Of a stretch of 64,000 nucleotides of DNA, positions 49,875-60,738 are shown piece by piece. How positions within the stretch are numbered: the stretch's first letter is position 1; each line of letters opens with the position of its first letter. The stretch spans positions 19,809 to 83,808 of the forward strand of contig JBBTSB010000010.1 of NCBI GenBank assembly GCA_038064915.1, written 5' to 3'. The notes beneath the pieces were generated by a model that had not been told where the DNA came from, ran no database searches, and saw nothing but the letters and a program-made list of their open reading frames with translations. The DNA comes from Patescibacteria group bacterium. Its GTDB lineage: Bacteria; Patescibacteriota; Minisyncoccia; 2-02-FULL-40-12; IGHO2-01-FULL-4-A. The position numbers were made by a program, and so were the translations under genes.

Positions 49875-51487
49875 AATACGCCTTGCTTCTCATCGTGGTC
49901 GTTGCTGCGCTATACGGACAGACGTTTTCATTTGGCTATGTCGGTCTCGATGAAGAAGAGCTCATTGTCCAGCGGCAGGGTTTTTTGCGGAATCCGGCAA
50001 ACATTCCCGTGATATTCACACACGATGTCAGCTATCCCAATAAAACTTCTCCGTACTACCGTCCAATGCTCACCCTATCGTTCATGGCGGATGCCATGAT
50101 CGGCGGTACGAGCAACGTAGTGGCGCACCTTACCAATGTACTCTTGCACATCGTTGCCGTCTTGCTCCTTTGGCGATTTTTTATTGCGCTTGGCATTGAG
50201 AAGTCCAAATCATTTTTTTATTCTCTGATCTTTGCTGTCCATCCTGTTTTCTCCCAAGCTGTCGCATGGGTGCCGGGGAGAAATGACACGCTATTGGCCG
50301 TTTTCGTTCTTTCCTCGTGCATCTTTTTTCTCAAGTCTCTTCGCCTCCGTTCGTGGAAACCGCACGCGGTACACTTTGCTTTGTTTGCGCTCGCGCTGTT
50401 GACCAAGGAAACCGCGGTTGTGGTTCCGATCATCATTATAGGAATATGGCTTTGGTTTTCTGGCGTGCCGTTTTCTTGGCGGCGTTTTTGGAGCTACGCA
50501 GTGCCTTGGATGATTCTTCTTGTTATCTGGTATGCCGTTCGGGCGCATGCACTTTCTTCCATCCCGGGGAAATCTCTGTCCGCAATGTTGTCGCAGATCT
50601 TGGGCTACGCTCCCCAGGTAGTGGTCTACTTGGGAAAAATCATATTACCATTTCAGCTTTCTGTGATGCCTTCCGCAGGGGATAGTGTTATTTGGTTTGG
50701 TTTGGGGGCTCTTATCATTCTGTGTGCCCTGGTATATATCAGCAGGAAATACTTGCGATCTTCACAGGTATTCTTTGGTGCTTGCTGGTTCTTGTCGTTC
50801 TTGGTTCCATCGCTGATCAGCTATGATGATCCGTCCAGGGTGGTATTTTTTGAACATCGGCTTTACCTGCCGCTGATCGGTGTATTGCTCATATTTGCAT
50901 TGCTTCCGGGGAGAGTCTGGAAAATCGGCGCACCCATCCTTGTTGGTTTTGCCGTGCTTGCTTTTTTTCATGTTCGAACATTTCGCAGTGAAATTTCTTT
51001 CTGGGAGCAGGCTGTATCGTCATCACCCAGTATGGCTCGCGCGCGCAACTCTTTGGGAGTTGCCTACGCCAATGCGGGACGCCTCGGAGATGCGTTTCAG
51101 GAATATCAAACCGCGTACCGCATGACCCCGGATGATTATTTGATCAATACCAGTTTGGGGAATGCCTATCGGTTGCGGCGAGAACCGGCGCTTGCCGAAG
51201 AGCACCTCAAAAAAGCTATTTCCATAAATCCTGCCCGCGCGCCAGCGCATCACTACCTGGGATTCCTCTATGCAACACAAAAGCGTTTTTCTGAAGCCGA
51301 GCAGGAATGGTTTCTTGCGCTTCAATACAATTCACAGTACGCTCCACCACATGAAGCTTTGGCGGTATACTATGCACAGGTAGGGCGATTTGAAGAATCC
51401 ATCGTGCACATCCGCGCCATCATGGAACTGGGAGCTCCAGTTCTTCCCGAACTTATGAACATATTGCAGACACATCAACAGCCATGA
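49871..51487 (+). CDS. TMTC-like membrane glycosyltransferase with TPRs (1)
   Basis: LDE, YYRP, HP..VAWVPGRND, KE, EHRLYLP, C-terminal TPRs. Confidence 0.85.
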   Translation: MKYALLLIVVVAALYGQTFSFGYVGLDEEELIVQRQGFLRNPANIPVIFTHDVSYPNKTSPYYRPMLTLSFMADAMIGGTSNVVAHLTNVLLHIVAVLLLWRFFIALGIEKSKSFFYSLIFAVHPVFSQAVAWVPGRNDTLLAVFVLSSCIFFLKSLRLRSWKPHAVHFALFALALLTKETAVVVPIIIIGIWLWFSGVPFSWRRFWSYAVPWMILLVIWYAVRAHALSSIPGKSLSAMLSQILGYAPQVVVYLGKIILPFQLSVMPSAGDSVIWFGLGALIILCALVYISRKYLRSSQVFFGACWFLSFLVPSLISYDDPSRVVFFEHRLYLPLIGVLLIFALLPGRVWKIGAPILVGFAVLAFFHVRTFRSEISFWEQAVSSSPSMARARNSLGVAYANAGRLGDAFQEYQTAYRMTPDDYLINTSLGNAYRLRREPALAEEHLKKAISINPARAPAHHYLGFLYATQKRFSEAEQEWFLALQYNSQYAPPHEALAVYYAQVGRFEESIVHIRAIMELGAPVLPELMNILQTHQQP

Positions 51488-53169
51488 AGTACGCAGTCAT
51501 CATTCTCATTCTTGTCGGTGCGCTGATCTATGGTTTTAATGTAACCGGCCAGCTTTTGTGGGATGACATCGAATGGATCGCGACCAATCCTTTTGTCCAC
51601 TCGTTTTCGTGGGACAATATCAAACATTGGTTCAGTGGTAATGTTTTGGAGGGAATTGGTCTCTCGAGCAATTACTACCGGCCGTTCCTCTTTGCCACAT
51701 TCACCTTTAACTACGTCATGCACGGCGTACATCCTGTTGGATGGCATGTTGTAAGCAATCTAATTCATATTGCCAACGCCATCCTTCTTGTTTTCCTGTT
51801 GATGCGCCTGTTTGGCAATCGATTTCTTGCTTTTTGGGTTGGTCTGATCTTCCTCGTTCATCCGCTTCAAACCGAGGCGGTGACATACATCTCCGGCCGG
51901 GGGGATCCTCTGGCCGCGCTTTTCATGCTTTCCGCGCTGTTGCTATTCCTTCGGGGCCGGCGTGTTCTCCCGCTTGTTTTTCTTGTACTTGCGCTCTTGA
52001 GTCGAGAAACAGCAATCATGTTTCCGTTCCTCCTGATGATCGTGCTGATCGTGCAGAGTAAAGAGACATTCTGGCGCTCGCTGAAAAAATCTTTTTTTCA
52101 AGCATTGCCGTATGTTGGCGTTGTCACCGCCTATGGCATATTGCGTCTTACGGTGCTGAACTTTGACAACACGCTCAATTTTTTCTCTTCCGCTGTTTCC
52201 AATCCCTACACGCAAAGTGTATTCGTCCGCCTGATTACCTTCTTGAGCATCCTGCCGACCTATGGCCGGCTTCTTCTGGTTCCCCTTGGTCTCCATATGG
52301 ACCGTGCGCCGGCCGTATATACGTCGCTGACGTTCTGGGAAGTGTGGGTGCCCCTGGTGGTGCTTCTGGGGCTCCTGTATGTGACCTATACGACCTATAG
52401 GTCTCATAGGACCTATGCTGGGGTTCTGTTTTTTGGCATTGCATGGTTTTTTGCGGCGATCAGTCCCATGAGCGGCATCACGCCTATCAATGCGATCATG
52501 TACGAGCACTGGCTCTACGTTCCACTCATTGGACCGTTTACGATTATCGTATATTTTCTTTCGCGCATTTCCTACCGCAAAGCGGTCATTGCCGTTCTTG
52601 TATTACTTACGGCTTGGTTTTCGTACCTTGCGATCCAACGCAATAGAATTTGGTCGAATCCAATTGCGCTGTTTGAAGATATCTTGCGCTATGAGCCCAT
52701 GAGTGCGCGGGCGCTGACCAATGCCGCGAACCTCTACTTTGAACAGGGTGATACCGCAATGGCCGAGGCCTACTACCGACGTGCCATCGCCACCAATACC
52801 TCATTTCCCCAAGCTTACTACAATCTTGCTCGGCTCCACCGCGAGCAGGGGAGATACACAGAAACGCTGCCCTTGCTCCGCCGTGCGCTTGATCTGGATC
52901 CAGGTTTTTTCTACGCCTACCAGGAGCTTGCCATCGTTTATGCGCATGAGGGGGATTTCATCCGGTCCCGCGATGCGCTTCTTGCGCTACGCGAACTGCG
53001 TCCTCAAGACCCGCGCGTGTATTTGAATTTGGGCAAAGTTGAACAGGCCCTGGGAAACACTCGTGAGGCGATACGCTGGTTGACTGCAGGATTACCGCTC
53101 TCGGAAAGTGATCTTGAGGCGCACCAGGAAATCCAAGCACTTCTTGACCAACTTGCCAAAAAACGGTAG
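51484..53169 (+). CDS. TMTC-like membrane glycosyltransferase with TPRs (2)
   Basis: WDD, YYRP, HPLQTEAVTYISGR, EHWLY, TPRs. Confidence 0.85.
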   Translation: MKYAVIILILVGALIYGFNVTGQLLWDDIEWIATNPFVHSFSWDNIKHWFSGNVLEGIGLSSNYYRPFLFATFTFNYVMHGVHPVGWHVVSNLIHIANAILLVFLLMRLFGNRFLAFWVGLIFLVHPLQTEAVTYISGRGDPLAALFMLSALLLFLRGRRVLPLVFLVLALLSRETAIMFPFLLMIVLIVQSKETFWRSLKKSFFQALPYVGVVTAYGILRLTVLNFDNTLNFFSSAVSNPYTQSVFVRLITFLSILPTYGRLLLVPLGLHMDRAPAVYTSLTFWEVWVPLVVLLGLLYVTYTTYRSHRTYAGVLFFGIAWFFAAISPMSGITPINAIMYEHWLYVPLIGPFTIIVYFLSRISYRKAVIAVLVLLTAWFSYLAIQRNRIWSNPIALFEDILRYEPMSARALTNAANLYFEQGDTAMAEAYYRRAIATNTSFPQAYYNLARLHREQGRYTETLPLLRRALDLDPGFFYAYQELAIVYAHEGDFIRSRDALLALRELRPQDPRVYLNLGKVEQALGNTREAIRWLTAGLPLSESDLEAHQEIQALLDQLAKKR

Positions 53170-53185
53170 TCTTGCAGATACTACC

Positions 53186-53692
53186 ATGAAGAAAAACATC
53201 TTATTTGTCCTTATATTAGTGGTTATTATTCTCGGAGGGGCGTTTGTCGTGTGGAACAATAGACAGTCCGCTCAACCGAACCCTTCTCCGTCAAGTAGTG
53301 CTATCGCACCGACGCCCTCTCCCAGCGGGGCGGACATTACCCAGTTTACGAAACCGGCCAGCTGTCAGCTTTCCGGATCCATTGATTTTTTGCAAAAAAA
53401 TATCTTTCGTTCCAACGACGCTCTGTTCCGATATCAGGGCATTGACAATGAGGCGCGTTTGATCACCTGGACGGTCAGTCCAACCGATGAGTTTTCGATC
53501 GGCCCGAACATTTTTGCAAACCTTGATATTCCGGACGGCAGTCGTTCGCTTACGATTTCTCTTCCCGCCGAACCAAAAGCTCGCCAGTATACATTGACCG
53601 CTCGTATCTCCTATGGTCGCTGGGTCAATAACACCGTCGTTGTAAAAGAAGCACGATGCTCCGGTTCAATCCCCGTATATCTTCGCTATTAG
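53186..53692 (+). CDS. Membrane-anchored/secreted hypothetical protein
   Basis: N-terminal TM helix, P/S-rich linker, Cys pair. Confidence 0.65.
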   Translation: MKKNILFVLILVVIILGGAFVVWNNRQSAQPNPSPSSSAIAPTPSPSGADITQFTKPASCQLSGSIDFLQKNIFRSNDALFRYQGIDNEARLITWTVSPTDEFSIGPNIFANLDIPDGSRSLTISLPAEPKARQYTLTARISYGRWVNNTVVVKEARCSGSIPVYLRY

Positions 53693-55455
53693 CGCTCTCT
53701 GCAAGCCTCATACTATCATTTGCGCTGTTTGGCAACGGCATAAAAGGAGATTATGTTTTTGACGACAAAATAGTCATTCTGGGCAATCCGCATTTGGAAG
53801 AGCGTCCGCCGAGTCTTATAGACATCTTTAGCGATTCCTACCATGCATACCAGCCGACGACCGGTTTGTATCGGCCGCTGACGATCGCAAGCTTTGCACT
53901 GAACACGTATATGTTCGGAACGTCGCCGGTGAGTTTTCATGTGTTCAATATCATCCTCCACGCTCTTGTGGGGTTCATGATCTATGTAATCGTCGGAAGT
54001 CTTGCCGATATGCGCACGGCCGTGGTAAGCGCGCTCCTGTTTCTGTTCCTTCCCATCCATGTCGAAGATGTTACGTCCTTGGTGGGTCGCGCGGAGCTTT
54101 TGGCGCTTTTGTTTTCGCTTGTAGCGCTGTATGCGGTCATGCGCGGAAAGTATCATTGGGGGGCGCTGGCGTTTCTTTTGGGGCTTTTCAGCAAGGAATC
54201 CGCGATCGCATTCATTCCGATTTGGCTTTCCTGGGAATATTTTTTCAACAAACAAACGATTCGCACAATCCTCAAGCGATTTTTGATTATGCTTCCTGCA
54301 ATCAGTATATATGCGGTGCTCCGTTATCTAGCTTTGGGGAAATATGTTCTTGCCAACGATGCCACGGCCGTCTACAATCCGCTCAAATTTGCTCCTTTTT
54401 TTGATACACTGTGGACCAGCGGCAAAATCGCTTTTCTCTATATTCAAAAAATGTTGGTGCCCACGGTTTTTTCTTCGGATTATTCGTTCAACCAGATTCC
54501 CGTCGTCCACAATCCCTTTAGCTCCTGGCAGGCCCTGCTCGGATTGACGATACTCGCGGGACTTGTGTGGATTGCCGTAAAAAAGCGGCGTTCGCTTGTT
54601 GGATGGTCTGCCGTAGTGTTTCTTGCTTTTTATTTCATCATATCAAATCTTATTTTCAAAACCGGTACCATCATGGCGGAGCGTTTGGTATATGCCGCAT
54701 CGCTTGGTCTGGTGATGTTATTGGCGCTGTGTATAGAGCATCTCCGAAAAAAAATCGGTCATGAAAAGGTCATCTATGGCGCTTTGACAATTATGTTGAT
54801 TTTCTATGGATACAAAACTATCAATCGCAATTCTGTTTGGATCAGCGAGGAACGGCTTTTTGCGTCTGCCGTTGTCGTGGCTCCGGAGAGTGTTGTGAAC
54901 CGCACCAACCTTGCCTATCTTCGCTATGTCCAAAAAGATCTTGAGGGCGCAAAGACGGAAAGCGAAGGAGTGTTGGCTATCGCTCCCGACCATGTGCCCG
55001 CTCTCAACCTGGCCGCGCAATCAAACAAAAAGCTTGGCAACCCCAAGGTTGCAGAAGATTACTGGAAGCGTGCCATTGAGCTCCGTCCAGATTATGTCCG
55101 CGGATATTTGGGATTGGGTGTGTTATACTACGAAAATGGTCACTTTCCGGACGCAGAGCTCATTCTTACCAAGGCGGTAAATATTTTCCCGCGCTGGAGT
55201 GAGGTGCTGTTTCTCTCGCTGACCAAAACGGCGCTAAAGAAATACGATGAGGCGATTGCGATTGTTATTCAGCACTTCGGAGAAGATCCGGAGCGACCGG
55301 ACCTCATCTTTGCTCTCGGCGTAGCCTACTACAAAAAAGGCGACCGCGAGCATGCCATGAAGTACCTGCGCAAGGTCCAAAATCCCAACCTTACCCAAGA
55401 GCAATTTTTACAAACCATTGAAAAAAACACTATTTTTCTCATTACTGATCTGTAG
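53656..55455 (+). CDS. TMTC-like membrane glycosyltransferase with TPRs (3)
   Basis: FDD, LYRPL, PIHVEDV..VGRAELL, SKES, AERLVY, TPRs. Confidence 0.85.
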   Translation: MLRFNPRISSLLALSASLILSFALFGNGIKGDYVFDDKIVILGNPHLEERPPSLIDIFSDSYHAYQPTTGLYRPLTIASFALNTYMFGTSPVSFHVFNIILHALVGFMIYVIVGSLADMRTAVVSALLFLFLPIHVEDVTSLVGRAELLALLFSLVALYAVMRGKYHWGALAFLLGLFSKESAIAFIPIWLSWEYFFNKQTIRTILKRFLIMLPAISIYAVLRYLALGKYVLANDATAVYNPLKFAPFFDTLWTSGKIAFLYIQKMLVPTVFSSDYSFNQIPVVHNPFSSWQALLGLTILAGLVWIAVKKRRSLVGWSAVVFLAFYFIISNLIFKTGTIMAERLVYAASLGLVMLLALCIEHLRKKIGHEKVIYGALTIMLIFYGYKTINRNSVWISEERLFASAVVVAPESVVNRTNLAYLRYVQKDLEGAKTESEGVLAIAPDHVPALNLAAQSNKKLGNPKVAEDYWKRAIELRPDYVRGYLGLGVLYYENGHFPDAELILTKAVNIFPRWSEVLFLSLTKTALKKYDEAIAIVIQHFGEDPERPDLIFALGVAYYKKGDREHAMKYLRKVQNPNLTQEQFLQTIEKNTIFLITDL

Positions 55456-57064
55456 TGCGATTGTAGCGATCTACGCGCAAACGCTGAAGTTTGATTTTGT
55501 GTCCCTGGACGAGGAGGATCACCTTGCCAACCGCCAGTATTTTCTCTCATCAGTAAAAAATATTCCGGAAGCTTTTCAGCACAACACCTACTATCCCAAT
55601 GGAACATCGCAATACTACCGGCCCCTGCACACGATTTCCTTTATGCTCGATGCGATCGGCGACATCACTCCGTCAAAATCCCACGCCATCAACATCGTTC
55701 TCCACATGGGTGCGGCGTTGCTGCTGTTTTGGTTCATGCGGGAGCTGGGGATTGGAAAAACGGCTTCATTTTTTCTCGCACTGCTCTTCGCGGTACACCC
55801 GATCGGCAGTCGAATCGTGGGATGGGTGCCGGGGCGGAATGACGCCACGTTTGCTATATTTGCGATAGCCTCGTGTATCGCGTATCTCCGATGGGTGGCT
55901 CATCCCGAGCGCTGGTGGCTCATGGCGGTGCACCTGGTGCTGTTTTTTGCAGCTTTCTTGAGCAAGGAATTGGGCATCGTTTTGCCTATTCTGTACGTGC
56001 TCATGCCTCGCAATTATGTTGTATCTCGAAAACACGTTGGTCTGGTGGCCGGCGGTTGGATTCTTATCGTCATTTTCTGGTGGCTCATGAGATCCGAAGC
56101 ACTTGCGGGAACGGTTGTTACCGCGTGGAACGATTTGTTGCTGGGACTTTTTCCCAATACCGTTGCCATTCCTTTCTATCTCCAGATTTCTTCGTTGCCG
56201 CTCCATCCGTCCGTTATGCCGACGATGCAGGATGCGCTTCATTGGCTACCCATTGTCGTCAGCGGAGCTTTTATTGCCATACTCATCGTGCTTGGGAAGC
56301 GATTTCAACCCCGCAGTAATTTGCTTCTCTTTGGTATTGCCTGGTTTCTCCTATTTCTTCTTCCTTCTCTTGCGGGGTATGGATCGGATATCCGTCTGGT
56401 GCTATTTGAACACCGAGCCTATGTTCCGCTCATGGGACTGCTGTTTATTGCCGCCGCTTTTCCCTGGGGCCGCATGATTCCTTTCTCCCGTTCCCGTCGC
56501 TTCATCCTTGCGGGAGCTGTAGTTGCCGTGTATGGTGTTTTTGCCTTTTTGGGAACTCGTGATTTTCGGGATGCTTTGACATTTTGGGAAAAAGCAGTAG
56601 CGCAAGCGCCCGACTACGCCGGATCACATAAAGGGCTGGGAACGGTGTATGTCAACAGAGGACGTTTTGATGATGCCGTGAACGAGTTTCAAAAAGCGCT
56701 CGAACTGAATCCGACAGAAAAACGCGTACACAACAACCTCGGCATTATTTACCTGAACCAACGGCGGGTGCAGGAGGCGGAAATGGAATTTCTCTCGGAG
56801 CTTGACGTAAACCCCGGCTATGCGATCACCTACAACAACCTCGGGTTTGTGTACGCCACGCAGAAGCGATTTGCAGACGCGGAAAAAGCATGGCTTACGG
56901 CGCTGGTGTTCGATCCCTGGTATGCCGCTCCGCACCAGGGCCTGGCTATTATCTATGCCATTGCAAACAATAAAGAGCAGTCCTTGGCCCACATTGAGGC
57001 GCTCGTGAAGCTTGGTGCCCCGCTTTCTCCGGATATACAGAAGATCTATGAAAGTTACCGGTAG
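55418..57064 (+). CDS. TMTC-like membrane glycosyltransferase with TPRs (4)
   Basis: LDE, YYRP, WVPGRND, SKE, EHRAY, TPRs; closest to paralogue 1. Confidence 0.85.
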   Translation: MKKTLFFSLLICSAIVAIYAQTLKFDFVSLDEEDHLANRQYFLSSVKNIPEAFQHNTYYPNGTSQYYRPLHTISFMLDAIGDITPSKSHAINIVLHMGAALLLFWFMRELGIGKTASFFLALLFAVHPIGSRIVGWVPGRNDATFAIFAIASCIAYLRWVAHPERWWLMAVHLVLFFAAFLSKELGIVLPILYVLMPRNYVVSRKHVGLVAGGWILIVIFWWLMRSEALAGTVVTAWNDLLLGLFPNTVAIPFYLQISSLPLHPSVMPTMQDALHWLPIVVSGAFIAILIVLGKRFQPRSNLLLFGIAWFLLFLLPSLAGYGSDIRLVLFEHRAYVPLMGLLFIAAAFPWGRMIPFSRSRRFILAGAVVAVYGVFAFLGTRDFRDALTFWEKAVAQAPDYAGSHKGLGTVYVNRGRFDDAVNEFQKALELNPTEKRVHNNLGIIYLNQRRVQEAEMEFLSELDVNPGYAITYNNLGFVYATQKRFADAEKAWLTALVFDPWYAAPHQGLAIIYAIANNKEQSLAHIEALVKLGAPLSPDIQKIYESYR

Positions 57065-58805
57065 CAAGTATCTCTTGGTGGGTTTGGCTGTTTCGTTTGC
57101 GCTTTTCAGCAACGGAATACGGGGAGACTTTGTTTTTGATGACGCGATCGTCATTGTTGGCAATCCCATTATTGAGCGGGGGATTTCCGGGGTGGTTGAG
57201 GCCTTCCGGTCACCCTACCACGCTTACCAACCCAAGACAGGCCTTTATCGTCCGCTTACGATTTTTTCTTATTCGCTGAATTACGCTATATTCGGCACTT
57301 CACCGGTGAGCTTTCATGTGGTTAACATTGTTCTGCATGGGCTCGTTGGGTTTTTTATTTTCTTGGTCCTTCAACAGATTGGTGGCAAGCGCGCGGCTAT
57401 TCTTGGCATGTTGCTGTTCCTCGCGTTTCCCATTCATGTCGAGGACGTGACGTCTATCGTAGGCCGTGCTGAACTCCTCGCCCTGCTGTTTGTTCTTGCG
57501 GCTTTGTATAGTGCCATGCGACATCGGTACATCCTTGCATCCTGTATGTTTTTGCTCGGCATCTTGAGTAAAGAATCCGCGATCGTATTTTTGCCAATGT
57601 GGCTTGCGTGGGAATACTTCTTTAACAAACAAACGATTCGCACCATCCTCAAGCGATTTTTGATTATGATTCTTGCAATAAGTATGTATGCGGTGCTCCG
57701 CTATCTGGCACTGGGGGAATATTTTCTCGCCAACGATGCCACTCCCACGTACAACGCTCTCAAATTCGCTACCATTCCCCAAACCCTATGGACATCAGGG
57801 AAGATTTTTTTTCTGTATCTGCAAAAAACGTTGTTCCCGACGGTTTTTTCGCCCGACTATTCGCTTTTCCAGATACCGTTGCTCAACAGTCCTCTGGCGT
57901 CATGGGAGTCGATCGTGGGAATAGTGCTACTTGTCGGCTGTATCGTGATTGCATGGCGAAATCGGCGTTCTCCCTTGGGGTGGTTTGTTCTATTCTTTTT
58001 GAGTTCCTACTTTATTATTTCCAATCTTGTTTTCAAAACCGGCACAATCATGGCCGAGCGCATTCTGTATCCAGCCACCTTTGGCCTTGCGGCGATGACT
58101 GCGTATGGCATCGAGTGGTTGAGACAGAAATGGGGGCATGAGAAGGTGATCTATGCGAGTGTAACTCTTCTACTCCTTTTCTATGGCTTCAAAACAATCC
58201 AGCACAACCGTGACTGGATCAGCGAAACTAATCTTTTTCAACGAGCCTATGCTTCCGCGCCGTTGAGTATTCCCAATAGGGTAAACCATGCATATTTGGC
58301 GTATCGAGATAACAACTATGCGCGTGCTGTTGATGAACTGGAAGCGACGTTGACCGTTGTGCCCGATCATGTCCCCGCCTTGCATCTTGCGGGGCAAGCA
58401 TATAAAAAAATGGGCAACGTGGGTAAGGCAGAGGAGTATTGGAAAAAAGCAGTTGCATTGCAACCCGACTATCTTGCCGCTTACCTTGGTCTGGGAATGC
58501 TGTATTATGAGCAGGGGCATTTTGCGTCCGCGGAGGCGGCGCTTGATGACGCGGTGGCCGTCTTTCCTCGTTCTAGCGAAGTCGCCTATCTTTCATTGGC
58601 AAAGACCGGTCTCAAAAAATATGACGAAGCGATTTCGATTGTGGAGAACTATTTTGGAAAAAATCCCGGCCAGGTTGAATTGCGTCTTGCTCTTGGCATC
58701 GCCTGGTACAAAAAGGGCGACAAGGAGCGGGCATCGGAATACATCAGCGCTGATTATTTTCCCACGATTGAGAAAAATTCGATCTTTCGAATCATTGACC
58801 TATAG
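57048..58805 (+). CDS. TMTC-like membrane glycosyltransferase with TPRs (5)
   Basis: FDD, LYRPL, PIHVEDV..VGRAELL; closest to paralogue 3. Confidence 0.85.
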   Translation: MKVTGSKYLLVGLAVSFALFSNGIRGDFVFDDAIVIVGNPIIERGISGVVEAFRSPYHAYQPKTGLYRPLTIFSYSLNYAIFGTSPVSFHVVNIVLHGLVGFFIFLVLQQIGGKRAAILGMLLFLAFPIHVEDVTSIVGRAELLALLFVLAALYSAMRHRYILASCMFLLGILSKESAIVFLPMWLAWEYFFNKQTIRTILKRFLIMILAISMYAVLRYLALGEYFLANDATPTYNALKFATIPQTLWTSGKIFFLYLQKTLFPTVFSPDYSLFQIPLLNSPLASWESIVGIVLLVGCIVIAWRNRRSPLGWFVLFFLSSYFIISNLVFKTGTIMAERILYPATFGLAAMTAYGIEWLRQKWGHEKVIYASVTLLLLFYGFKTIQHNRDWISETNLFQRAYASAPLSIPNRVNHAYLAYRDNNYARAVDELEATLTVVPDHVPALHLAGQAYKKMGNVGKAEEYWKKAVALQPDYLAAYLGLGMLYYEQGHFASAEAALDDAVAVFPRSSEVAYLSLAKTGLKKYDEAISIVENYFGKNPGQVELRLALGIAWYKKGDKERASEYISADYFPTIEKNSIFRIIDL

Positions 58806-59714
58806 GAGAGCTTCGATATCACGGACCATTTTTTTTAAATCAAATCGGTGCAAGATCGTTTGGTGTCCTTGAATGGCGAATTCTTGGCGCAGGCGGTCGT
58901 TGTCCATCAGTTTAAATATGGCATCGGCAATCCGTTCCGGTTTTTTGGGTTCGACGAGAAAACCATTGACCCCATCCTGAATCATTTCGGGTGCCGCACC
59001 TACACGCGTCGCGACGATGGGAACCTTGGCCGCCATGGCTTCCAGAAGCGCCCAAGAAAAACCCTCTTTGACCGAAGACGAAACATATACATCAAAGGCA
59101 CGCAGGAAGCGTGAGGCGTTCGGTGTATCGCTCAAGATTTTTACGAGGTAGCGGTTATGCCGGGGAAGATACTCCAAGCCTTTAGCGGGATATGGGTTGG
59201 CGATAGTTCCCACGACAAAGGCATCGGCAGGAAGGTCAAGCTTTGTCCGCGCTTCGTCCCGCGGCAAAAATTCCATCTTATACACATCAAGCCCGTTGTG
59301 AATCACGAGGAGTTTTTCGCGCGGCTTGATGCCATAGCGAATCGCTTGTTGGTAGTCGTGGTCGTTGTTGAGAATGATGATGTCCCGCCATCGGGCGAGC
59401 AGTTGTTCCACAAACCGCATCAGCGGCCGCCACCAGGGCTTGGGATCGTTGAAAGACCATCCTCCGATGCGATACACCACACGTGCTTTTGTTCCTATGG
59501 CTGCAAGAGTACCCCATCCGCCCGCCACCGAACTCATGAGAAATAACGTATCGGGTTTGAAATCTGCAATCGCTTTTCGTATCTTGAAAAAGTTTTTTTC
59601 ATGGAGGACCTCGTACGAAAATCGCGACCGGTCAATGCGGCTTTCCAGTTCTCGAAGAAACGTTTGCGCCCCCCCGATGCCTCCCTGACTGATAACAAAG
59701 AGTATCTTCTTCAC
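58800..59714 (-). CDS. GT4 glycosyltransferase
   Basis: GIGGAQ, EGFSWALLEAMAA; start placed at GTG 59714. Confidence 0.88.
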   Translation of the reverse strand: MKKILFVISQGGIGGAQTFLRELESRIDRSRFSYEVLHEKNFFKIRKAIADFKPDTLFLMSSVAGGWGTLAAIGTKARVVYRIGGWSFNDPKPWWRPLMRFVEQLLARWRDIIILNNDHDYQQAIRYGIKPREKLLVIHNGLDVYKMEFLPRDEARTKLDLPADAFVVGTIANPYPAKGLEYLPRHNRYLVKILSDTPNASRFLRAFDVYVSSSVKEGFSWALLEAMAAKVPIVATRVGAAPEMIQDGVNGFLVEPKKPERIADAIFKLMDNDRLRQEFAIQGHQTILHRFDLKKMVRDIEALL

Positions 59715-59751
59715 CTTGAAAAAATACAACAAAAATGATATTTTATCAAGT

Positions 59752-60738
59752 ATGCGCGTTCTTATTCTTACCACGGAATACCTTCCCAAAATTGGTGGTT
59801 CTGAACTGGCAATTAAGAATCTTACCAAGCGATTGCCCCAGGTGCAGTTTACTATTATTTCTGGAGGATGGAAGTGGCTTTTGCCAATTATTGGCTTTCT
59901 TCGTGCGCTTCGCTATGATTTTGATATCATTCACGTATTTCAGGCGTCGTATGCAGGAGGCGCTGGAGTGTTGTTAAAGTTATTTCACCCCAAAACCCCA
60001 TTCATCGTTTCTCTTCAGGAAGGCAAGCAACTTGAGAAGCAAAGTTTTTTTGTCAGATTTTTTCGTTCCGTTATTCTTCGGAACGCCGATGTGATAACCG
60101 CGATCAGCAGTCACTTGCTGAACTATGCAAATAGTATCAACCCCAAAGCCGCTCGTGTTTTGCTTCCCAACGGAGTGGACGTGCGCAATTTTTCTCATAC
60201 CGGTTCCGAATATATCGTGACTTCATCTCGATTAGTTGAAAAAAATGGCATCGACACGCTTATTCAAGCCATGGTATTCTTGCCAGGGGAGCGGCTCCAT
60301 ATCATCGGCGATGGACCGATGCGCAAACAGCTTGAATCATTGGCAAAGCGACTTGGTGTTGCAGATCGCGTGCGATTCATAGGCGCGGTCCTATATGATG
60401 ATTTGCCTCCCCACCTCGCTTCCGCTTCCGTTTTCGTTCGCCCTTCTCGATCAGAGGGCTTGGGTATTGCGTTTTTGGATGCTATGGCTGCCGGCGTTCC
60501 CATTGTGGGGACACCGGTTGGCGGTATTCCTGATTTTTTGAAAGATCGTGAAACGGGGCTTTTTTGCAAGCCAGAAGATCCGCAATCGGTGGCACATGCT
60601 GTCCGAGAAATTATTGAAAACAACGAGTTGAGAAAAAACATAACCGATCGAGCGAGAAGTTTGGTTGAGGAAAAATACAATTGGGACATGTTAGCCAAAA
60701 AATACTATGAAATTATCCGTCATTATTCCCGTATATAA
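59752..60738 (+). CDS. GT4 glycosyltransferase
   Basis: [23 protein letters not shown]. Confidence 0.92.
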   Translation: MRVLILTTEYLPKIGGSELAIKNLTKRLPQVQFTIISGGWKWLLPIIGFLRALRYDFDIIHVFQASYAGGAGVLLKLFHPKTPFIVSLQEGKQLEKQSFFVRFFRSVILRNADVITAISSHLLNYANSINPKAARVLLPNGVDVRNFSHTGSEYIVTSSRLVEKNGIDTLIQAMVFLPGERLHIIGDGPMRKQLESLAKRLGVADRVRFIGAVLYDDLPPHLASASVFVRPSRSEGLGIAFLDAMAAGVPIVGTPVGGIPDFLKDRETGLFCKPEDPQSVAHAVREIIENNELRKNITDRARSLVEEKYNWDMLAKKYYEIIRHYSRI

